Notes under the pieces: model-generated
What the model saw: only the letters and a program-made list of their open reading frames with translations
What the model was told of the DNA's origin: nothing
The model's database searches: none
NCBI GenBank assembly: GCA_964480145.1
Contig: CAYZOI010000003.1
Location: forward strand, 1 to 49,984
Direction of reading: 5' to 3'
Length of the DNA: 49,984 nucleotides
Source of the DNA: an uncultured Dehalococcoidaceae bacterium
Lineage (GTDB): Bacteria; Chloroflexota; Dehalococcoidia; Dehalococcoidales; RBG-16-60-22
Program-made: the position numbers and the translations under genes
Shown: positions 1 through 7,807 of the stretch, piece after piece
Layout: each line of letters starts with the position of its first letter
Position numbering within the stretch: position 1 is the first letter of the stretch

Positions 1-70
1 CAAGCTCTTCCAGCGATAGCCCCAGCTCTGACATGGTCAATTCCTGTCCCTTGTGGTATCCTTTCTTCAT
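1..70 (-). CDS. hypothetical protein, first 23 codons only (gene continues left of the window)
   Basis: ATG at 70 (rc) with a GGGAGGA Shine-Dalgarno-like motif at 78-84 (rc). It reads MKKGYHKGQELTMSELGLSLEEL. No family can be assigned from this stub. Confidence 0.35.
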   Translation of the reverse strand, partial: MKKGYHKGQELTMSELGLSLEEL

Positions 71-495
71 CGGTATATCCTCCCTTTCTGTTAGTTGGCT
101 TTCTTATAGGGTAGGATATGCCGATTCCTTTTTCCACCACATTCGGGACACTGCCTTTTACTTAGACCAATGTTAGGTTCTAGTCTGGTAGTTGTCAATG
201 ATTCTAGGAAATCCAACCGTCACATGATGTAGGTGGGATGTTATATCGACAATGCATGAACAGGATATGGGGATAACATATAGTCGCCGAGACTAGTGAG
301 GTGCTTCTTAAACATTAGCTTTCAAGAGTTGGACCCCCGGTAGGCCTTGATTCTTAAGCTCCTCATTTTGAAGCTAAATATTGAGCGTGAAACACTCCTT
401 GTACAAGTGTTAAAGTAAAATCGCAAGTGTGAGTGCTTACCTTTAGCAACTGTTTAAAGCCAGAATTTTCTTGGCGTGTCTTTATTTGGTCCTAA

Positions 496-532
496 AACGA
501 ACTTTTCACCACGATAAATGACAAGGTGGTAC
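496..532 (+). repeat. 37-nt imperfect direct repeat, copy 1 (AACGAACTTTTCACCACGATAAATGACAAGGTGGTAC)
   Basis: 33/37 identical by hand alignment to 1224-1260. Lies about 140 nt upstream of the VOC gene start. Confidence 0.8.
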
Positions 533-536
533 CAAA

Positions 537-565
537 TTGACAATATTAAATCAACGGAGTATATG
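537..565 (+). promoter_or_regulatory. candidate sigma70-type promoter for the VOC gene
   Basis: TTGACA (537-542), 17-nt spacer, TATATG (560-565), about 105 nt upstream of ATG 673. Pattern match only. Confidence 0.3.
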
Positions 566-672
566 TATTTATTAGAGGCAGCACCTCCGAAATTAGATGT
601 ATAATAGGGAAAAACATAACATCGGATAAGTTCCCAGATAGTAAAACAACCAAGAGAAAAAGGAGGTAATAC

Positions 673-1110
673 ATGGGAAATAACTGGGAGTTAGCGCATG
701 CAGGGTTAGTCGTGAGGGATATGGACAAGACTGTTGAATACTACCGTTCCCTAGATATAGGTGCAGAAATCGGCCCCGAGCACATAGGAGACAATAAGTC
801 ACGAGTAGTGACGAGATATGGCAAGATTGCTGATACTGAAGAGAAGTTCAAAATTAGGAATATCCAGATAGGTCCGCTATCCCTTCTTTTAAACCAGCCA
901 CTTGAAGGAAAAACCCATCAGCAAGAATTCCTTGACAAGAATGGTGGTGATGGCATCAACCATATTGCCTTCTATGTGGATGACCTAAAAAGTGAAAGAG
1001 CCAAGATGGTTGCGAAAGGTATTCAAATTATGTTCGAAGTTGAGGGTAATTGCTACTTTGACACCCGCGAATTTGGAAATGTCGTAATACAACTATTACA
1101 GCGGAAATGA
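673..1110 (+). CDS. VOC-family protein (glyoxalase/bleomycin-resistance/extradiol-dioxygenase fold)
   Basis: AAGGAGG RBS just upstream of ATG 673. The 145-aa product has VOC-type beta-alpha-beta motifs (LAHAGLVVRDMDKTVEYY, INHIAFYVDDLKSERAKMVAKG). Confidence 0.8.
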   Translation: MGNNWELAHAGLVVRDMDKTVEYYRSLDIGAEIGPEHIGDNKSRVVTRYGKIADTEEKFKIRNIQIGPLSLLLNQPLEGKTHQQEFLDKNGGDGINHIAFYVDDLKSERAKMVAKGIQIMFEVEGNCYFDTREFGNVVIQLLQRK

Positions 1111-1140
1111 AATAGTATTGCCCAAAAGATAACAGAATAA

Positions 1141-1192
1141 CTTTCCTCCCAAGCAAGGAGCCGCAGGTTCGAGACCTGCACAGCCTGCTGCC
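1141..1192 (+). pseudogene. degenerate tRNA/tmRNA-like 3' fragment (T-arm plus decayed acceptor strand)
   Basis: Perfect T-arm GCAGG-TTCGAGA-CCTGC (1163-1179) followed by ACAGCCTG. No 5' half and no CCA. Aligns loosely with the better-preserved fragment at 11932-11982 (shared TCCCAAG..GGAG..GGTTCGAG..CAGC). Confidence 0.45.
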
Positions 1193-1223
1193 TAATTCCT
1201 CAGTTCTTGCTAACATTTTTGCT

Positions 1224-1260
1224 AACGAACTTTTCACCATCACAAATGACAAAGTGGTAC
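1224..1260 (+). repeat. 37-nt imperfect direct repeat, copy 2 (AACGAACTTTTCACCATCACAAATGACAAAGTGGTAC)
   Basis: 33/37 identical to 496-532. Lies about 220 nt upstream of the MFS gene start and about 30 nt downstream of the tRNA-like fragment. Confidence 0.8.
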
Positions 1261-1481
1261 ATAAATAGTATCGCCCGAAGCTAATCAGGGTATCATGCTG
1301 TATTCTGTTGATTCACTTAGCTTATGGACTTGCCAGTATAAGCCGGTGTAATTGCCTACGGTACTATTCTTTATAGCCACATATTAAGTGTGATATTATC
1401 ACGATATGCAGCCGAATCATCCATTTAAGTTCAGCATATATGTATCTTTAAGGAAGGAGAATACTATCCATTCCATTTTTA

Positions 1482-2738
1482 TTGGGTAATATCAACCATC
1501 AATTCCCTGCCCTCCAGCCACTCAAGAATCGCAACTTCCGACTGCTTTTACTGGGTGAGATTATATTCTTGCTGGGAAATAAAGTTCATTTTATTGTTTT
1601 GGCTTGGCTCGCTCTCCAATTAACGGGTTCCTCGCTCACGCTGGGTTTTGTGTTAATGACAGCAGCTATTCCTAAGGCTTTGTTTATGCTTTTTGGCGGT
1701 GCTCTAAGTGATCGTTTTTCATTGCGGAAATTAATGCTAATCTCAAATTTAGCACGTGCAGCTATTGCCACTGGTATTGCCATTCTTGTATTCAACGAAG
1801 CAATAGAACTTTGGCACTTATATCTTTTTGTGTTACTAATCGGTGTGGCGGACGCTCTATTTCTCCCCGCGCTTATGACTACGATACCAAGCCTCTTAAA
1901 AAAGAATGAATTAGAGGCGGGGAATGCTCTTGCACGTGGAGCAATGCCAATAGGTACCTTGATTGGATCAGCTCCGGCAGGTCTTCTAATATCATCTGTA
2001 GGCATTGCAGCCACATTTGGAATTGATGCCCTTTTCTTTCTACTTGCGGTCACAGTGTTATGGTTAATGGCTGAGGCTATGTCTTATGTATCAACAAGCG
2101 ATGATGTGGTATCCAGAGCAGCGCATCGTTCCAGGAGCTTTGGTGTCTTGGGGGATATTAAGGACGGGCTAGGTTATGCTTGGCGCAGACCAGCGATTCG
2201 AGCACTTTTTATAACTGTCTCTGTAATCCACTTATCTTTTGTCGGTCCCTTTATCGTTGGTCTGGCAACACTGATAGATAGTTCCTTTGCCGGGGGAGCT
2301 ACTGACTTAGGAATAGTACGGTCTTGCTTTGGTGGTGGTGCGTTGTTGGGAGCAATCATTGCTGGCTCGGTTGTTTTCAAACATCGTGGTCTATTGCTTA
2401 TTATCATAACGGCAACACTTGGAGTAAATCTAATGCTTATAAGCTTGGCGCAGGACGTAATATTTGCTTCATTATTTGCCGGGCTGATAGGTATTGGGGA
2501 TGGTCTTATTAATGTTATAAGTTTTACTTGGCTTCAAAAAACAATACCATCGTATATGTTGGGACGCATGATGGGGCTTATCAACTCATCTGCTTTAATT
2601 TTAGCACCGATATCCTATGTTTTAACTGGTGCTATAGCTGAGATAAATCCATCTCTTGTATTTATTGTTGCTGGAATTCCTGTCTTGGTAATCACTATTT
2701 ACCTAGTTACTATTAAAGATTTTCGTCAACTAACCTAA
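1482..2738 (+). CDS. MFS transporter (EntS/MFS_3-like exporter)
   Basis: 418-aa, highly hydrophobic multi-helix product. NRNFRLLLLGEIIFLLG and GGALSDRFSLRKLM are typical MFS N-terminal and loop 2-3 motifs. The TTG start is uncertain because the frame is open from 1452. Confidence 0.8.
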   Translation: MGNINHQFPALQPLKNRNFRLLLLGEIIFLLGNKVHFIVLAWLALQLTGSSLTLGFVLMTAAIPKALFMLFGGALSDRFSLRKLMLISNLARAAIATGIAILVFNEAIELWHLYLFVLLIGVADALFLPALMTTIPSLLKKNELEAGNALARGAMPIGTLIGSAPAGLLISSVGIAATFGIDALFFLLAVTVLWLMAEAMSYVSTSDDVVSRAAHRSRSFGVLGDIKDGLGYAWRRPAIRALFITVSVIHLSFVGPFIVGLATLIDSSFAGGATDLGIVRSCFGGGALLGAIIAGSVVFKHRGLLLIIITATLGVNLMLISLAQDVIFASLFAGLIGIGDGLINVISFTWLQKTIPSYMLGRMMGLINSSALILAPISYVLTGAIAEINPSLVFIVAGIPVLVITIYLVTIKDFRQLT

Positions 2739-2744
2739 ATAAAG

Positions 2745-2796
2745 TGGCAGCGGGTGGATTTGAACCACCGACCAAGGGCTTATTTGGACTGCTGCC
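2745..2796 (-). pseudogene. tRNA-like remnant: acceptor stem plus T-arm minihelix, with D and anticodon arms missing
   Basis: rc reads GGCAGCA-(20 nt)-GGTGG-TTCAAAT-CCACC-CGCTGCC-A. It has a canonical T-loop and 6 of 7 acceptor pairs, but at 52 nt it is too short for a tRNA. Confidence 0.5.
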
Positions 2797-2817
2797 GAGA
2801 TATATGAGCACTTCTGG

Positions 2818-3053
2818 TGTGAACCCCGTTAAACTGGAGTAAATCAGGCCACTAACAAAATACTTTTTAATGTTCTACGAGCATACTGTACCGGGCTCAG
2901 GTAGTCAAGACTCTGATGCAAACGATCGGTTCGATACCAGGCACGGTAGGTTTCCCACCCTGTCCGTGCCTCATGAAAACTCCGGTACTCATGGCGATAG
3001 ATCTCCTCCGTCTTGTAGCTGCTGTTGAATGATTCGATGTATGGTTTGTAGCC
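2818..3053 (-). mobile_element. IS3-family transposase remnant (C-terminal ~65 codons of the rve/integrase-core ORF plus a possible TG..CA terminus)
   Basis: rc frame reads GYKPYIESFNSSYKTEEIYRHEYRSFHEARTGWETYRAWYRTDRLHQSLDYLSPVQYA...*, with its stop at 2844-2846. This matches the IESFN...YN..RxHxxL..xSPxxY end of IS3 OrfB. An upstream in-frame stop lies at 3054-3056, so the 5' part is missing. Sequence near 2818-2843 ends in ..CA on the element strand. Confidence 0.7.
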
Positions 3054-3074
3054 TTACCAAAAGGACTTCTTTTT

Positions 3075-4696
3075 GTGCTATCTGAGAAAAATAAGAAGGT
3101 AACTAAAATGGAGACTTCTTTTCAAAACAAACTAATCGAGATTCTGAAAACTGATCCTCGATTCATAGACCAGGACGGTGAGCTAGTAAAGGCTGCAATT
3201 ATTGACCGAGCCTGGAAGATTGACCGAGACTTGGTCAAGTTGCTTCTTTCTGACGATAGCATCAAGGTAAAATTTTTCGATGAAATTGAAGGACATTGGG
3301 TTTTTAACATCAATACTTTTATCGATTATATATCTGATAAGGATTTCCTTGATAATTCCTACACCCGATTCCGTAATAAGATAGGCTTGAATATAGATGG
3401 TAAGTATCTAAAAGAGCGTGGTGAGGTCTGTTTGGTCTGGCCTTACAAAGATTGCATATTGGAAGGTGGACAGACTAAAGAAGAAGAAAAACGAAAAGAA
3501 ATCTTCTTTAACGAAATTCTAGCTCAGGATGAAATAGACCGGCTATTGGATCCAAAAGTCTTGACCAATTGGAAACGGTACACCATCGATGGCGAGCAAG
3601 GAGTGTCTGAAATCAGGCGAGATGAAGGCGGTTTAATTAAAGAAAACCTGCTAATCAAAGGTAATAATCTACTTACCCTTCATTGCCTTAAACATCAGTT
3701 CATGGGTAAAGTCAAACTTATATATATTGACCCACCTTATAACACAGGTAATGATTCTTTTCGTTACAACGACAGTTTTAATCATTCCAGCTGGCTAACA
3801 TTCATGAAAAATCGCCTAGAAATTGCCAGAAAACTTCTCGCACCGGATGGAACTATTGCAGTGTCAATAGACCATAACGAAATCGCTTACATCTCAGTTC
3901 TGCTAGACGAGACATTTGGAATTAATAATCAAAAAAACATAATAACAGTTAAGAGAGGTTCTGTCACCGGAGCAAAAGTTATCAATCCTGGCGTTGTTAA
4001 CGTTTCGGAATACGTTGTGCTCTATTCAAATAATTTCGATAACTGGAAACCTAACCGAGTATTTAGAACGAGGGAAAGAGATAACCGCTATAACAAATAT
4101 ATAGCGAACATAGAGGAAAACCCTGGACATTGGAAATTTTTGAATTTGTTAGATGCTTTTGCTGAATATAAAGGCATCAATAAAAGTAAGTTAAAGAACT
4201 CTTTGGGAGAAGATTATGAATTAGAATTGGAACGTTTCATAATCAATAACAAAGATAGGGTTATACGTTTCGCCGCTCTTGATGATAGGAGTATCAGTGC
4301 TGATGCTTTAGAATTGAAACGTAAGTCCAAGGAAGATGAATCAAAGGTATTTGTACTTAAAAGAGAAAAAATCGTGACTATCATATCTATCAAGGCGAAT
4401 TAATACTTTTTGCCAGGGACAGGCTAGTAGATATTAATGGCGAGCAAATTTTTGGAGAACTTATTTCTGACATATGGGATGATGTATTACCAAATGACTT
4501 ACACAATGAAGGTAATGTTCAGTTTAGAAAGGGTAAGAAACCTGAAAAATTAATCTCTCGGATAATTGACTTATGCACTGATAAAGGTGACCTCGTTTTG
4601 GATTTCTTTGCAGGCAGCGGTACAACAGGTGCTGTTTCTTTGAAGATGAAAAGGCAATTTATAGTCTGTGAGCGGCTGGGAATCGTTGCATTTTAG
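3075..4696 (+). pseudogene. mod: type III restriction-modification Mod-like N6-adenine DNA methyltransferase, frameshifted and 3'-truncated
   Basis: Frame 1 (probable ATG 3108) carries LIYIDPPYNTGNDSFRYND (motif IV) and stops at 4401-4403. The -1 frame is open from 4361 to 4696 and continues DYHIYQGELILFARDRL...DFFAGSGTTGAV (motif I). The two frames overlap at the A6 run 4366-4371. The ORF ends about 15 aa after motif I, and no res gene follows. Confidence 0.75.
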
Positions 4697-4891
4697 TGAA
4701 TTTAATGTTAGATTTGTGAATCAATTTAAAGGGCTGACTAGGTGATAGTGTTTCACTATATGAAAGTTATACGAGGGATATTTTCAAAAATAAGAAAAAA
4801 CCTTTCCCGAACCGGTGAGGTTTTTCTGCCGTAATGAGAATCGTCCCGACTTCGGTCAGTAGCCCCAGGAATAATTGAATTAGAGGGGATT

Positions 4892-6160
4892 ATGCCAGGC
4901 ATTGATATCGGGGTAGACTTTTGCGGAATTCACCTATCAACTCCGTTTCTTATTGCCTCTGCGCCGTCTACCACAAGAATAGGCGAGATATACAAGCATG
5001 CCGAAAAGATAGCTGAGAACGGCTGGTCAGGTGTCGTAACAAAGACCGTCATCCATAAGGAAAAGTATGACCCGGAATTAAAGCCGCACCTGTGGACTAC
5101 ACCTCAGTTCAGGATAGTGGCCATGCAGAACGCCGGACCACAACTGGATATTTATAGTAAATCTTTGCTAAAAGATCTGAAGAGGGATACTGAAGCAGCC
5201 CACGCCGCAGGCATCAAGGTTATCGTTAGCATAATCGGCAGCACTTATGGCCAGTGGGGAGAGATGGCCAACGAGTGTGAGCAGGCCGGCGCCGACGGGA
5301 TAGAGCTGAATCTAAGCTGCCCATCCTACAGACCTACGATGCAGTCCTCTATGGGAGGGGCGCGGGTGGGTGGAGACCCGGAAGAAGCGGGCAGGGCGGT
5401 CGAAGCAACGGTTTCCGGCACGAATCTTCCAGTCATAGCCAAGTTGACGGCTCATGCTTCGGATATCTCCGCTGTAGCCACGGCATGCCAGGAGGCCGGT
5501 TGCGGCGCTATATCGGCCATCAACACAATGCGCGGGCTTATTGGCATTGATATTCAAACAGAAATGCCCCTGTCCAGTGATATAGAGGGGCGCTGTCATT
5601 ACTCGGGACTATCTGGCCCGCTAATCAAGCCTATTGCCCTGGGTATCTGCGCCAACCTGGCCCTATCGGTTGATGTTCCGATTAGCGCTATCGGTGGAAT
5701 AGTTGACTGGAGAGATACCGTCGAGTTCCTGCTGGCAGGTGCTTCCAATGTTCAGGTGGGCACCGGGATGATGTGGTACGGGTTTGGTCTGGGCACAAGG
5801 TTGCGCAGGGGACTGGAAAGCTATATGAAACAGAAGGGATACAGCTCAATACAAGACTTTAGGGGCCATGCCCTGAAGTATCTCGTGACTACCGAAAAAC
5901 AGGACTCCAGGGGCCATACGGTAAGATATATCTCCACCGCGGCAATACCGGAGGTATATCCAGCGGATTGTCACATGGAGCTTTCTCGGGAGAAGTGCAA
6001 TATGTGTCGGATGTGCCTTATTGCCTGCCGGGATGCTTCGATGGGTGCTATTGAGGAGGTAAACGGAAACCTGCGTATCAATCGCTCTAAATGTACCATT
6101 TGTGGACTATGTATGGTGGTATGCAAACCTGGAGCCATTATTTTACAAAGAAAAGTTTAA
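4892..6160 (+). CDS. dihydroorotate/dihydropyrimidine dehydrogenase-family flavoprotein with C-terminal 2x[4Fe-4S] ferredoxin domain (PreA-like)
   Basis: TIM-barrel motifs FLIASAP, MQNAGP, GADGIELNLSCP and AIGGI. The C-terminus has CNMCRMCLIAC and CTICGLCMVVCKP. RBS GAGGGG lies upstream of the ATG. Confidence 0.75.
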   Translation: MPGIDIGVDFCGIHLSTPFLIASAPSTTRIGEIYKHAEKIAENGWSGVVTKTVIHKEKYDPELKPHLWTTPQFRIVAMQNAGPQLDIYSKSLLKDLKRDTEAAHAAGIKVIVSIIGSTYGQWGEMANECEQAGADGIELNLSCPSYRPTMQSSMGGARVGGDPEEAGRAVEATVSGTNLPVIAKLTAHASDISAVATACQEAGCGAISAINTMRGLIGIDIQTEMPLSSDIEGRCHYSGLSGPLIKPIALGICANLALSVDVPISAIGGIVDWRDTVEFLLAGASNVQVGTGMMWYGFGLGTRLRRGLESYMKQKGYSSIQDFRGHALKYLVTTEKQDSRGHTVRYISTAAIPEVYPADCHMELSREKCNMCRMCLIACRDASMGAIEEVNGNLRINRSKCTICGLCMVVCKPGAIILQRKV

Positions 6161-6255
6161 GTATCAGAGATTAACTTGGCCCAATGTTCTTCAGGCATTT
6201 GAAGTGGCGGTAACCGAAGCCACGTTATTATAGCGAGTATTAAGGGGGGGGAGAG

Positions 6256-7746
6256 ATGACAGAAGCAGTCAGGGGCCGATACGTATTAACCGGTGATATC
6301 CAGGGGAAGGTGATAGAGGATGGAGCTGTGGTATTTGATGGCGGAACCATCCTTGACCTGGGGCCGTTCAGCGAGATGCAGGCTATTTACAATCCGGTGA
6401 AGGTTTACGGTTCCCCCAACCATGTGGTTCTGCCCGGCCTGGTGAACTCGCATAGCCATGGACTCGGGGTAAACCTGCTCCGAGTAGGTCCCGGGGATGA
6501 ACCCTTAGAGCGCTGGTTTATCAACACCTGGTATCACCCGGATGGTAAAAGAGTGCCTATCTTTTATGAGAATACCCTTATCAATGGGCTGCAGATGCTC
6601 AAATCAGGGGTGACCACGGTGGTACACCATCATTATTTCAGCGAGGCCAATAGCGAAAACCATCTGGAGGTGATGAACCTCTGCTTGCAGGCTTACAAGG
6701 ACCTGGGAATGCGGGTGGCCTTTGCGCCTTTTATCAGAGACCGGCATCAATTTGCCTATCTGGATGACAGTGCCTTTATCTCAAGCCTTCCCGCCCATGC
6801 CGTTGACTCCTTAAGAGGGATAGGGAAAATCCCTGTTCGATATCCCACCGCGGCGCAGTATTTTCAGGCCTTTGACAAACTGAGGAGCCAGCATGAAGGT
6901 GACCAGACACGTTTCCTTTTTGGTCCAGCAGGCCCGCAATGGTGTACCCCGCAGCTCCTCAAAGAGATAAAGGAGCGCTCCGAACTGGAAGGTATCGGTA
7001 TCCATACCCATGTTCTGGAGAGTCCGATGCAGAGGAAGTATGGTGAGCGAGAGTATCCCGGCGGGCTTATCGGCTATCTGGAGGAATTGGGCTTGTTGAA
7101 CTCAAGGTTAACCCTGGTACACGGAGTTCAACTGACAAAGCAGGACATAAAAAAACTGGCACATGCTGGTTGCAAGGTAGCCCACAACCCCAGCAGCAAT
7201 CTGAGATTGTTTAACGGTGTGGCTCCCGTCAGAGAGATGCTTGAGGCAGGACTCGATGTAGGGCTGGGAATGGACAGCACCTCCCTGGATGATGATGAAG
7301 ATATGTTCCGGGAAATGAGGTTATGTTCGATATTGCAGCGCCCGCGGAAGATCGACGCCAGTCCAATCCCTAGTTCGCTTATACTGCATATGAACATAGC
7401 TAACGGAGCCAAAATAACCCAGTTTGAAGATGTCATCGGTCCTTTGGAGCGAGGAAAGAAGGCTGACTTAATACTGTTAGACTTCTTGAAAATAGAGGAG
7501 CCATTCATTGGCCCGGAGGCTGATGTGCTCTCTATCATCCTTCATCTAGCCACCAAAAGGCATGTTGATACTGTTTTTATCGACGGGTGTCCCGTTGTGG
7601 AGCAGGGCAAATCAAACCGGATCGACGAAGCGAAATTGCTGCAGGATATCAGGCAAAAGTATCAATTTAAGGGTGATGACCCTGAATCTAAAAAGCTGCG
7701 CCGGGCTATGACTGATGAGTTGATACGCCTTTACTCGGCGTGGTAA
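6256..7746 (+). CDS. amidohydrolase-superfamily protein (TRZ/ATZ-SsnA / aminohydrolase-chlorohydrolase-like branch)
   Basis: Metal-binding HxH in LPGLVNSHSHG. Later motifs are GIHTHVLES, LVHGV, AHNPSSN and GMDS. 496 aa, with a strong GGGGGGAG RBS. Confidence 0.7.
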   Translation: MTEAVRGRYVLTGDIQGKVIEDGAVVFDGGTILDLGPFSEMQAIYNPVKVYGSPNHVVLPGLVNSHSHGLGVNLLRVGPGDEPLERWFINTWYHPDGKRVPIFYENTLINGLQMLKSGVTTVVHHHYFSEANSENHLEVMNLCLQAYKDLGMRVAFAPFIRDRHQFAYLDDSAFISSLPAHAVDSLRGIGKIPVRYPTAAQYFQAFDKLRSQHEGDQTRFLFGPAGPQWCTPQLLKEIKERSELEGIGIHTHVLESPMQRKYGEREYPGGLIGYLEELGLLNSRLTLVHGVQLTKQDIKKLAHAGCKVAHNPSSNLRLFNGVAPVREMLEAGLDVGLGMDSTSLDDDEDMFREMRLCSILQRPRKIDASPIPSSLILHMNIANGAKITQFEDVIGPLERGKKADLILLDFLKIEEPFIGPEADVLSIILHLATKRHVDTVFIDGCPVVEQGKSNRIDEAKLLQDIRQKYQFKGDDPESKKLRRAMTDELIRLYSAW

Positions 7747-7807
7747 GTAGTACTACGTTTGCCGCTGAGTAAGGTCCCACAAATTCAAAGACGGAGGAAT
7801 AAAGAGT

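Noticed and set aside
496-1260. CRISPR-like array or integron attC sites
   Set aside because: There are only two copies, separated by about 690 nt that contain a full gene. The spacing is not regular, and no cas or intI genes are present in the window.
4361-4376. Programmed -1 ribosomal frameshift or phase-variable switch in the mod gene
   Set aside because: The zero-frame context (GA AAA AAT C) is not a canonical X_XXY_YYZ slippery heptamer. An A6 run is short for efficient slipped-strand phase variation. The gene is also 3'-truncated and lacks res, so simple decay or a homopolymer sequencing error is more likely.
4780-4835. Intrinsic terminator AAAACCT..AGGTTTT followed by a T-run after the mod remnant
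   Set aside because: The stem is only 7 bp and mostly A-T, with a 13-nt loop. That is too weak to call without an energy calculation.
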